A stretch of DNA of 64,000 nucleotides. It comes from Planctomycetota bacterium. GTDB lineage: Bacteria > Planctomycetota > UBA1135 > UBA2386. The notes beneath the pieces were generated by a model that worked only from the letters and a program-made list of their open reading frames with translations, did not search any database and was not told the origin of the DNA. The DNA is taken from NCBI GenBank assembly GCA_947501605.1, contig CANMWZ010000001.1, positions 160,001 to 224,000 on the forward strand. Direction: 5' to 3'. Each line of letters opens with the position of its first letter. Within the stretch, counting starts at the first letter, position 1. Below, piece after piece: positions 8,655 to 17,218 of this stretch. The position numbers and the translations under genes are program-made.

Positions 8655-10376
8655 TCAGCGAGTGCTGAGGAGGTGCAGGCGGACCACGGCAGCGCGACCG
8701 TCGGCAGCAGCCTCGACATCGACGAATCCCGTGTGCAGCGCCGGCACGTCGAACGCAGCGCTGCCACGCAACGCCGAGCCGCGGCCCACAGTGCCGCCGT
8801 CGCCAACTGGGCCGCCGTCGCCAACTGGGCCGCCATCAGCAGCTGGCGTGCGCAAGCGCGACAACCAGCTGTGGAGATCAAGATGGACGATCCCGCCGTG
8901 GCGGTCGCCGCGATCGGGGGTCAGCGCCCGCACTGCGCGCTGCACCGCCACCTCGAGCTGCCCTCGCGAGCGGGTCCGGTCGCGGCGCGCAGTCGACAAC
9001 GCCGTGATTGCGGCACTGTTCTGAGCAAAAACAAGCCAGTCGTCGACCGCGCCGACGTGGAGGTGGTCGAAGCCGTCGAGTCCCCTGAGTTCGACTGCTT
9101 CGCCCTCCCGCTCTAACGGCTTGCGATCCTCGGAGTGTACGGCGCGGGCAAACTCGGCGACGATGTCGCTCGCGGCCTTTCGGCTCTCTGCCTGCAGCGC
9201 AAATGCCGGGGCCAGCTCGAACTCCAGCGCCGGCAGCAAGAGCATCTGCATCGAGCCGCGGTGACCGAGGCGATGGACCAGTCGCTCGAAGTCGAGTCCG
9301 TGCTGCCGGCAGCCGCCGTGAATGCGATGGCCGAAGCCGGGCTCGTGGTGATGCCCCTGCGGCAGATCGCGCGGCGACTCGGAGCCAGAGGCAGGCTCAA
9401 GCACGGCGAGCAGACGCTCAGGCGCAACCGAAAAGACAAAGCCACCGAGGCCGCCGACGGGCACTTCGTCGAGCATTTGCCGAATCGGCGCAGCGGCGAG
9501 CAGCGACAGCCAGCCATCGACGGCCGACTTGTCTGGCATCGAGAGGACGATCTGCGAACGGAACGACAGTTCTGCTGGCTCGACCCCGCGTCGCTCTCCG
9601 CGGTGCGGCATCACGGCGATCGCAAGGGCATCCGCACCCCCGAGTCCGGACCACTGGAGCAAGGTCCCGGGGATCCCCGGCAGAGCGGACAACCGAGGCC
9701 CACAGCGAAGCCAGTCGGCGTAGACAACCAGTGCTCCGACACCGGGCCGCAAATCCTCCATGAGCCGGCGAAAGCGCTCGTCCTCGGCAAGACTGCGGCG
9801 ACTCGCCGAAGTGCTCAGGTCAAGGGCCTCTTCGAGTCCTCGAGCATTGTTGGCCACCACCAGGTCGCGATCGAGGAGGGCGATCTCGAGCGGCAACCGA
9901 GCCGCAGCACCATCCCCAGCCACCAACATGTGCGTCTGGCGGCCATGGACCACTCGCTCCGGACGAGCGATTCGAGGGTCGCTGAGCACCTCGCGCAGCT
10001 TTGCAACATCGCCTTCGGCGAGCTGCGTGCGCAGGACCACGAGGGGAGTTCCAGCACTGTCAGCATCGAGGCCCGAAGGCATGACTCCGAGCACCGCCAG
10101 CTCAACCTCACCGCGAGCGCGGGTCAGCAGGCCGCGCACGAACGCAAAGGAACTGCTCGTGTCCGTCGAGCCCAGCGCGGGCGACATCAATAGCGCCAGC
10201 AGCGGGTTCGGGGCCGCCGCGTCTCCGGTCACACTGGCGTCGATCGCGACGTAGGCCATCGGCGCCGAGAGCGAGTTACGCAGCCTCACATCGGAGAGGG
10301 CGCTCGTCGGTGACTGACCCCGGGCTGGAACGCACAGGGCGGTCAGCAGGGCGACGAGAACACAGCGAGCCGGCAT
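8655..10376 (-). CDS. Secreted hypothetical protein (DUF3352-like)
   Basis: Signal peptide MPARCVLVALLTALCVPARG from ATG 10376. LVVAN...SLA....F...LVVYAD pattern recalls DUF3352-type proteins. Confidence 0.55.
   Translation of the reverse strand: MPARCVLVALLTALCVPARGQSPTSALSDVRLRNSLSAPMAYVAIDASVTGDAAAPNPLLALLMSPALGSTDTSSSFAFVRGLLTRARGEVELAVLGVMPSGLDADSAGTPLVVLRTQLAEGDVAKLREVLSDPRIARPERVVHGRQTHMLVAGDGAAARLPLEIALLDRDLVVANNARGLEEALDLSTSASRRSLAEDERFRRLMEDLRPGVGALVVYADWLRCGPRLSALPGIPGTLLQWSGLGGADALAIAVMPHRGERRGVEPAELSFRSQIVLSMPDKSAVDGWLSLLAAAPIRQMLDEVPVGGLGGFVFSVAPERLLAVLEPASGSESPRDLPQGHHHEPGFGHRIHGGCRQHGLDFERLVHRLGHRGSMQMLLLPALEFELAPAFALQAESRKAASDIVAEFARAVHSEDRKPLEREGEAVELRGLDGFDHLHVGAVDDWLVFAQNSAAITALSTARRDRTRSRGQLEVAVQRAVRALTPDRGDRHGGIVHLDLHSWLSRLRTPAADGGPVGDGGPVGDGGTVGRGSALRGSAAFDVPALHTGFVDVEAAADGRAAVVRLHLLSTR
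8793..8837. repeat. In-frame 18-bp tandem repeat (about 2.5 copies)
   Basis: gccgccgtcgccaactgg x2 plus gccgccatc; encodes DGGPVG-DGGPVG-DGGTVG on the minus strand. Confidence 0.85.
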
Positions 10377-10477
10377 CGTTGCCGCCGCGTTGGCAAGCCC
10401 CGTGCCGTCGGCGGTTGCCCCCCTTCCTCTGGGGTCCTCCCAAGCCACACGACGACGACGCGGACCCGAGGCGCGCA

Positions 10478-10498
10478 ACTGTGCAAGAACTGCACAGT
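10478..10498. promoter_or_regulatory. Perfect inverted repeat ACTGTGCA-N5-TGCACAGT (operator or RNA hairpin)
   Basis: Lies 13 nt past the EF-G2 stop and about 100 nt upstream of the next gene; no U-tract. Confidence 0.4.
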
Positions 10499-10511
10499 GC
10501 GCCGGGCGAAA

Positions 10512-12545
10512 TCAGGCGTGCTGCTCCGACTGCAGTGCCGCCTTGCGGCGTTGCGAGACTTCGGCCACCACGTGCGGCGGCGCCGCCTCATAGTGCGCGT
10601 GCTTCATGGCGAATGAGCCCTCTCCCGCGGTGATCGACCGCAGCAAGGTCGAGTAGTCGAGCATCGTCGACAACGGCACCTGAGCACGGATGCGCTGAAT
10701 GCCGTCCTCGACTTCCATCCCCAACAGTCGCCCGCGCATTCCCGAGAGGTTGCCCGCCACATCCCCCGTGAAGCGCTCCGGCACATGGATCTCGACGTCC
10801 ATGATCGGCTCCAGCAGGATCGGCCGAGCCCTCATGTAGCCATCGTGAAAGGCCCGCTCCCCGGCGATCTGAAAGCTCATCTGGTCGCTATCGACGTCGT
10901 GGTACTTGCCCTCGTGCAGTTCATATTGGAGGTCGACGACGGGGAAGCCGGCCAGAGCGCCCTGCGCCAAAAATCTGCGGGCGCCCTTCTCGACCTCCGG
11001 AATGAAGTGCCGCGGCACCGAGCCACCGACAACGGCGTCCACAAACACGAAACCCTGGCCCGGAGCAAGCGGTGCGAGGCGGGCTGACACCTCTGCGAAC
11101 TGCCCTCGGCCACCGGTCTGTTTCTTGTGGCGATGGTGTCCTTCGCTCGGCGCTGTGATGGTCTCGCGATACGGGATCGTCGGCGGTCCGTGCTCGACGC
11201 CGACTCGGTAACGACGCTGCATCCGCTGAAACTGAACCTCGAGGTGCAACGGGCTCATGCCATCGACCAGCAGTTCGCCGCTGTTCTTGTCGCGGCGATG
11301 ATGCAGGGTCGGATCTTCGGTGCAGAGCTTGTCGAGCGCTTGTCCGATCTTGGCTTCATCGCCGCGGCTCTTTGGCCACACGTGTCGGCTGTAGGTGGGC
11401 GCTGGAAAGACCTGACGCGGCAGCTCGAGCTGCGCGGTCTCGGCTGCGAGCGTGTCGCCGAGTTGGAGGTCGTCGAGTTTGCTGAGGCCGAACACATCCC
11501 CGGCGTTGACCTGGTTGATCTCCTTCGCCTCCTTACCATCGACATCGAGGATGTGCACGAGCTTGTGTGTCTTGCGAGTCGTCACATCAACGACCGGGTC
11601 CGCAGCGTTCAGGGTGCCGCGCAAGCAGCGCAGCCACGCAACACGACCGACGTAGGGATCGATGGCGATCTTGAACACCTGCGCCAAGAACGGACCGTCC
11701 GTGGTCGGAGCAACAAGTTCCGAGTGGACGTCTCTTCCCAGTTCGCGCGCGCCTCGGGGGCCGAACTCGACCGGCGATGGGAAGTGCTCCGCGACAAAGG
11801 TGAGGAACGTGTCGACCCCGACACCCGTCGTGGGCGCGATGGCGAACACCGGCACGAACTTGCCTCGTGCCATCGCGCGACCGAGGTTCTGCTCGAACTC
11901 ATCCGCCTCGAGGTGCCCCTGCGCCAGGTAGTGCGACAGCAGTGTGTCGTCGACCTCGGCTTCGTCCTCCTCGATCCACTCGTGGTACTTGTCGGCCCGC
12001 GGGCCATGGTGTGTCAGCACGTTGCGGATTGCCTTGAAGTCGTGCCCGGGGGCCTCTGGATAGGTCACTGGCGCGACCGCGTGGCCAAACAGCGCGCGCA
12101 ACTCGACGATCCGTTGTTCGAAGCTGGTGCCGTCCTGGTCGAGGTGCGTCACGAGGATCGCCCGGGCGAGCCCCATTTCTCCGGCGCGTTGCCACAGTCG
12201 CCGCGCATGGAAGGAGATCGGTGCCGCGGCGTTGAGCACGAGGCACGCAACCTCGACGGCCTGCAAGGACGACAACGCGTCGGCGACAAAATCTGGGTGA
12301 CCCGGCGTGTCGAGCACGTTGACGCGCACCTTGCCCACCGGAATGCGAAACAGGTGCGAGACCAACGTGTGCTTTCGCTCTCGCTCCTCCGGTTCGGCAC
12401 TGCCGCCGCCGGGCGCATCGCTGGCAGCGCCAGCCCGAGGACCAGACTTCGTGAGCCGGATCAGGGAATCGACAATCGCCGTCTTACCGCTGTGCCCGTG
12501 GCCGATCAGCGCAATGTTGCGCAAGTCTTCCGAACGATGTGCCAT
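10512..12545 (-). CDS. Elongation factor G-like protein (EF-G2)
   Basis: LRNIALIGHGHSGKT, DTPGHPDF, HKKQTGGRGQFAEV, YHDVDS, LLEPIM, LRSITAG.GSF. Start at ATG 12545 (MAHRSEDLRN). Confidence 0.9.
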   Translation of the reverse strand: MAHRSEDLRNIALIGHGHSGKTAIVDSLIRLTKSGPRAGAASDAPGGGSAEPEERERKHTLVSHLFRIPVGKVRVNVLDTPGHPDFVADALSSLQAVEVACLVLNAAAPISFHARRLWQRAGEMGLARAILVTHLDQDGTSFEQRIVELRALFGHAVAPVTYPEAPGHDFKAIRNVLTHHGPRADKYHEWIEEDEAEVDDTLLSHYLAQGHLEADEFEQNLGRAMARGKFVPVFAIAPTTGVGVDTFLTFVAEHFPSPVEFGPRGARELGRDVHSELVAPTTDGPFLAQVFKIAIDPYVGRVAWLRCLRGTLNAADPVVDVTTRKTHKLVHILDVDGKEAKEINQVNAGDVFGLSKLDDLQLGDTLAAETAQLELPRQVFPAPTYSRHVWPKSRGDEAKIGQALDKLCTEDPTLHHRRDKNSGELLVDGMSPLHLEVQFQRMQRRYRVGVEHGPPTIPYRETITAPSEGHHRHKKQTGGRGQFAEVSARLAPLAPGQGFVFVDAVVGGSVPRHFIPEVEKGARRFLAQGALAGFPVVDLQYELHEGKYHDVDSDQMSFQIAGERAFHDGYMRARPILLEPIMDVEIHVPERFTGDVAGNLSGMRGRLLGMEVEDGIQRIRAQVPLSTMLDYSTLLRSITAGEGSFAMKHAHYEAAPPHVVAEVSQRRKAALQSEQHA

Positions 12546-13111
12546 GTGCCGCTCCGTAGGGGATCGAAGGAAACCACCGACGTGGAGTCGGTGGAGGCGA
12601 TCCTCGCGGCAGTCAGTGGGCGGGCATCGTGCACACCCACGGGCCGTTCGCGTGGGTCGCGTGCAGCCGGTTGTCGCGGGCCAGCAAGCGCATAGCTCGC
12701 GGCAACATGCAGTAGGGTAACCACTCTCGAGGAGAGCACAATTGCCACCCCATTGGCCCGTTTGACGAGGCTTTCCTACCCTGAAGGGTCGGTCCTTTGG
12801 CGTAGACGGGTCCCGACAGGCCGACACGGAGCCCGCCAAAAAGACCTCGAGTCGAGCGGCGACCGAGGTGTTGGACAACCTCGGCCCCCCCACTGAGACA
12901 CCGCACCGGCCTGCCGCGAGCGCCAGCAGCATCGAAGGACCACGAGTACCGATGGCTGCGTCACAGACACTCGGCGGAATCTCCGCTTCCACGGCGACTC
13001 CGCTCCTCGCTCTTGTTGGCCGTCGCTTGGCCTCGCAGGCAAGCCACTTCTGAAACCACTCCTACGAACACGCAATCGGGGGATCGCAGCGGTGCGCGCA
13101 GGCCTCGACGA

Positions 13112-13750
13112 TCACTGCCGTGCCGGAACAATCTCGACGCGGCGGTTGCGTTCCTTCGACTTCGTGTCGCGCGGATCGAACTGACCGTAGCCGACGATGA
13201 CGATGTTGCGTTCCGACATGCCTTGCTCGATGAGGAACCGAGCGACCGCATTGGCCCGCTTGGCCGACAGCTCGCGATTGTCGAGGTAGTTCGACTTCTT
13301 GATCGGGTCGCTGTCCGTGTGACCCTCGATGTAGATCTTGCAGTCGCCGTAGTCTCGCTTCAGCACCGTGACGATCGACTTCAGCACGCGAGATGCGCTG
13401 CTCTTGAGCTTGTCGCTGCCTGAGTCAAAGGTGACCGTATCATCTACCCCAAGCGAGAGTCGGCCCTTGCGATAATCGACCGTCACGTCAGGACCGAGTT
13501 CTTCCTGCAGGCCTTTCGTGTCGTTCTCGAACCCGGCGTTCTTGGGTTCGGTGGCAGAAGGCGCCGATCGCTCGCTCGCCATCTGGCGCTCGAGGTCATC
13601 CTTCTGCGCCCGCAGGGACGCGAGGCTGCCATTGAGGTTGCGGATCTCGGCATCGCGATCGCGAAGCAGATCCTGGTAGCGGGATGTGCAGCCGCCCAAG
13701 AGGGTCAGTGCGGCCAAAGAAACGAGCATCTTGATGGAACGGAATTGCAT
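13112..13750 (-). CDS. OmpA/MotB-family peptidoglycan-binding lipoprotein with coiled coil
   Basis: Lipobox LLGGC; FDSGS, IEGHTDSDP, N.ELSAKRA.AV, NRRVEI; GGAGG RBS. Confidence 0.9.
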   Translation of the reverse strand: MQFRSIKMLVSLAALTLLGGCTSRYQDLLRDRDAEIRNLNGSLASLRAQKDDLERQMASERSAPSATEPKNAGFENDTKGLQEELGPDVTVDYRKGRLSLGVDDTVTFDSGSDKLKSSASRVLKSIVTVLKRDYGDCKIYIEGHTDSDPIKKSNYLDNRELSAKRANAVARFLIEQGMSERNIVIVGYGQFDPRDTKSKERNRRVEIVPARQ

Positions 13751-13771
13751 TGGTGCCTCCCTAACGTGGTT

Positions 13772-14746
13772 TCATCCGTTGCGTCGCCCACGACGGACGA
13801 CCAGAACTAGCGCGAGAATACTAATGAGTGCGGCCCCGCCCAGGAACGGCACGGCCATCGGCGACGATCGTTGCCATTCGGGCCAAGTGCGGAACACGAA
13901 CTCGTGGATCGGTGCCTTGTAGAACATCACCAAGAGGGCGCCGATCGCCAGGAACGGCCCGAAGGGAACGTACGAGTCCTTGGTGACAAGTCGATGCAGC
14001 AGCCCACCAATTGCGCCGGTGAAGCTGCCCAGAAAAAAGGTCCAGAGGGCCCCGTCCCAGCCCACGAAAGCGCCGATCGCGCCCATGAACTTGACGTCGC
14101 CGAACCCCATCGCTTCGCGGCCGAAGATCGGACGCGCGCCGTTTCGGATGGCAAGGCAAAGGCCGTAGCCCGCGGCCAACCCGAACACGCTCGCGAGAAT
14201 GCTGTCCAACTCGGGCGACATGGAGCCAGGAGCAATCGTGCCGGCGAAGCCAGGACACGTGAAGGCAACCAACGTGCAACCGATAGCCATGAACGGGATC
14301 GTCAACGCGTCCGGAAGGATGCGGTGATCCCAGTCGATGAATGTGCTCGCGATCAAGAACGACACGAACGCTGCATCGAACAACGTCGGCAGCAGCAGCG
14401 ACCAATCGAGAGAAACGCCGAGTTCGGTCGTCACCAGCATCGCCCCGTGCGGCGAAGCGCGAAGCAAGACAGCAAACATCACTGCGGTCAGTAGCTCTAC
14501 CAGCGGATAGCGGACCGAGATGCGTTGACGACAGCAGCGCGAGCGACCGCGGAGCATCAGCCAACCGAACACCGGGACGTTGTCGCGCCACGAGATCGAC
14601 TTCTTGCAGTGAGGGCACTTCGACCGGCCGCCGAGGGAGCGTTGACTTGGCTCCTCCTGCGGCAGTCGATAGATGACGACGTTCAAGAACGAGCCAATGC
14701 ACGCGCCGAACCCAGCGGCGGCAAGCTCGTACGCGGATACCGACAT
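13772..14746 (-). CDS. pilD: Prepilin peptidase / N-methyltransferase
   Basis: GSFLNVVIYRLP, RSKCPHC, NVPVFGW..LRGRSRCC, YPLVE, ID..H.ILPD, MGFGDVK, PFGPFL. Start at ATG 14746. Confidence 0.93.
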   Translation of the reverse strand: MSVSAYELAAAGFGACIGSFLNVVIYRLPQEEPSQRSLGGRSKCPHCKKSISWRDNVPVFGWLMLRGRSRCCRQRISVRYPLVELLTAVMFAVLLRASPHGAMLVTTELGVSLDWSLLLPTLFDAAFVSFLIASTFIDWDHRILPDALTIPFMAIGCTLVAFTCPGFAGTIAPGSMSPELDSILASVFGLAAGYGLCLAIRNGARPIFGREAMGFGDVKFMGAIGAFVGWDGALWTFFLGSFTGAIGGLLHRLVTKDSYVPFGPFLAIGALLVMFYKAPIHEFVFRTWPEWQRSSPMAVPFLGGAALISILALVLVVRRGRRNG

Positions 14747-14949
14747 CGTCGAACCGACCCACGATCGCCATCGCGGCGAACACCAGCAGAAGACCCGTCG
14801 CCGCGAACTGCGAATCGTTCTGGCACTGACCGGTGCCGAACTGCGACTGGGACGCGACAGCTTACGAACGACTCGCAACCTGTCCAGATGCAAGGAAAGG
14901 CCGCGGATGGGCAGCTAGTGCAGAGTTCTCCACAGCTGACGCTTTCGCG

Positions 14950-16842
14950 TCAGCGGTCCAGCGCGCGTACGGATAGGAGTTCTGACAGCGGCACCCCACC
15001 TCGGACTTCCGTCTGCAGGCGGAGCCGCAAGAACGAACCGGGCGGCGCAAAGATGCGCTGACTGCCGACCACGTCGCGCGGCGGTGCTGCCCGCGAAGGA
15101 TCGAGATCAGGCTGCGTTCGCAGGAGCGGATCTGCCGGAAGCAGCTGCCACTGCACCCGCAACGATGAGCTACCACCCTGCACCCGTAGCTGCGCCGCCG
15201 CGCGGTCGGCGGGCATCGCAGCGAATGGGGTGTAGCCACTCGCAACACAACGGACATCGGCAGGCAGGCCAGGCTCAAGTCGCACGCGCACCCCGACACA
15301 CCCATCGAGTTCGCCCGGTAGGAGCAGCGTCCCGCGCTCGGTTGCGAGCAGCGTCCGAACCGGGACCGAACCCGACACATCCAGCAGGCCAGCAGTGACA
15401 ATCGCAAACGGCAACGCCGTTCCTGTCGGAGCCTCCACGTGCCCCCGCACTTCGACCCCAGAGGCCGCGACCAGGGTTAGAGCCGCACTGTTGCAGATCG
15501 CGCTGAAATCGACCAGCTGCCCAGGCACCAAAGCCAGGACTGCACCGGCCGACGCAATCTCCAACGTGCCATCGAGTCGGACGCGGCCGCGCGCTCGTAA
15601 CTGAACTCGCTGGCCCGGCGCGACAACGCGAACCGTGATTCCCGAAGGCACGTCAATGGCGGCGAAGTCAAACACCGGCCGATCGACCACACGCAGCTCG
15701 CCGTCACCCCGATCGAAGGGGACGCCCACCGCCAGGGTCGTGTCCCGCTGCGGACGGAACGTACCCAGACTGCCATCCCCAGCTTCCACTCGTACGAGTG
15801 GGCGCACGCTGCGATGCCCGGTGATTTCGAAGCCAGGGGCGGCGAGGTCGGCGTCGAGCCACGGCCGCTCTTCCTCCGCGGCGGGCCACTCAGCGACGGC
15901 CACCGCATCTCCTGGCACCACGTAGCACCACTGCATCTGCATGGGCACGGAACGGCCGGCGTAGTCGAGCAAGCCCTGCGTCCCCACTAGCAGCTTGACA
16001 CACAAGAAGTCGTCCGGCTGAAGGGGCACGGCGCGATTCGACCCCGCCACCCGAACCTGATTCCCGAACTCCAACTCGACCGTTGCGCCCCAGAACTCAT
16101 CGACCGCCTGCTGCGACAAGAGACGCACCGCTCGCGGTTCGATCCGTTCGACATGCCCAACGGGAGCGCCGCGGCGCAGGAGAGTGATTTCGAAGGCCGC
16201 AGGCGTGGCGCTCGCAGGCAGGACCGGCAGCGTGAAATGAAGCTGCAGGCGCGGATCGTCGGCCGGCATCGGAACCGAACCGAGTTCGCTCGGCCGCAGC
16301 ATGAAGGGCCGGGAATCGGCGTGTACTGGCCGCAGCGGCGCCGGTAGCCCGCGCAGCGAGCTGCCGAGTCCGGCTGTGCGGAAGGTGCGACGGACACCTT
16401 CCTGCAGCAGGTGTCCAGAGATCGAGCGAATGCCATCGGCCCGTGGATACCCCTGCACGGCAAGCCGGTAGACCGCAGAAGGCTGCATCGACCCGTCGAG
16501 TAGATCTGGACTCAGAGGCGCTTCGGGCTCGAAGGTCACCCAAGAACCATCGACGTGCAACTTGCCACGGACCGGGTGCCCCTCCGCATCGACAACAGCG
16601 AAGCTGTCACGCGTGACCGTCAGTGCATCAACCGGCTCGCTGAAGTAGACGGTGATCGCATCGTTGAGCATCAGCGGCTGCGAATCGACCGCCAACAAAG
16701 GGAACACGCTCGTCGCTTCGAAGGCAGGAGGCAGGACGCGGGTCCCTCGGCCGCAAGCGCAAAACCCGAACGCCACAATCGCCAAGAACCAGCCCCGGCG
16801 GGGATCCGGGTGGGCGCTCGCGGGCTCAAGACACAACGACAT
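14950..16842 (-). CDS. Ig-like (Big_5-type) domain lipoprotein, family B (short paralog of 21156..24563)
   Basis: Lipoprotein-like signal ending FGFCAC; LND.I.V.FSEPVD..TV..DSF and F.P..P...DG..P...Y.L; FDFAAIDVPSG.TV. Start at ATG 16842. Confidence 0.65.
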   Translation of the reverse strand: MSLCLEPASAHPDPRRGWFLAIVAFGFCACGRGTRVLPPAFEATSVFPLLAVDSQPLMLNDAITVYFSEPVDALTVTRDSFAVVDAEGHPVRGKLHVDGSWVTFEPEAPLSPDLLDGSMQPSAVYRLAVQGYPRADGIRSISGHLLQEGVRRTFRTAGLGSSLRGLPAPLRPVHADSRPFMLRPSELGSVPMPADDPRLQLHFTLPVLPASATPAAFEITLLRRGAPVGHVERIEPRAVRLLSQQAVDEFWGATVELEFGNQVRVAGSNRAVPLQPDDFLCVKLLVGTQGLLDYAGRSVPMQMQWCYVVPGDAVAVAEWPAAEEERPWLDADLAAPGFEITGHRSVRPLVRVEAGDGSLGTFRPQRDTTLAVGVPFDRGDGELRVVDRPVFDFAAIDVPSGITVRVVAPGQRVQLRARGRVRLDGTLEIASAGAVLALVPGQLVDFSAICNSAALTLVAASGVEVRGHVEAPTGTALPFAIVTAGLLDVSGSVPVRTLLATERGTLLLPGELDGCVGVRVRLEPGLPADVRCVASGYTPFAAMPADRAAAQLRVQGGSSSLRVQWQLLPADPLLRTQPDLDPSRAAPPRDVVGSQRIFAPPGSFLRLRLQTEVRGGVPLSELLSVRALDR

Positions 16843-17129
16843 GCGGTGAAGATGGTAGCGGACCTGGAGGGGCGAACCTACGCAACGCACTCCTGGAACC
16901 TCCCAGAACGGTCGGGTCGCTACAAATGGCCTCCCCATTGGACCGCTCGCGCGGCAGAGCCAAGACGGCCGACAGCACGGAACGCATTCCTAGAGCATTC
17001 TGGAGAGCCCGCGGCGAGTCCGCGACGCATTCCCCCAAGGTCAGGCCAGACCTGCGCCGCTGGCGCCTTGGGCAATCGCTACTACGGAGGGTCCATGGAG
17101 ACACGAGCCTCCAGAGTCACACCTCCTCC

Positions 17130-17164
17130 AAATGGTGCGAGGCAGCCTCAACTGCCTCGCATCA
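17130..17164 (-). terminator. Probable intrinsic terminator/hairpin after the 1291-aa lipoprotein gene
   Basis: Minus strand TGATGCGAGGCAG-TTGAGG-CTGCCTCGCACCA followed by TTT, about 40 nt past the stop. Confidence 0.5.
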
Positions 17165-17187
17165 CTCACGTGCTCTGCGCCCCACCC

Positions 17188-17218
17188 CTTCAGTCAGGAC
17201 GGCACTTCAGTCAGGACG
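17188..17218. repeat. 14-bp direct duplication containing a stop codon
   Basis: cttcagtcaggacg at 17188-17201 and 17205-17218; the second copy holds the TGA of 17207..21082. Confidence 0.8.

Noticed and set aside
8572..8670. Sigma-54 or CIRCE-like elements upstream of lon (TGGCACCGAATACTGCA; TCAGCACTC)
   Set aside because: GG-GC spacing is 11 rather than 10; the CIRCE half-site lacks the 9-nt-spaced partner and lies in the upstream gene's last codons.
12765..12785. GTAGGAAAGCC (minus strand) resembling the RNase P GAGGAAAGTCC motif
   Set aside because: It mismatches the core and no matching 3' P4 strand is visible.
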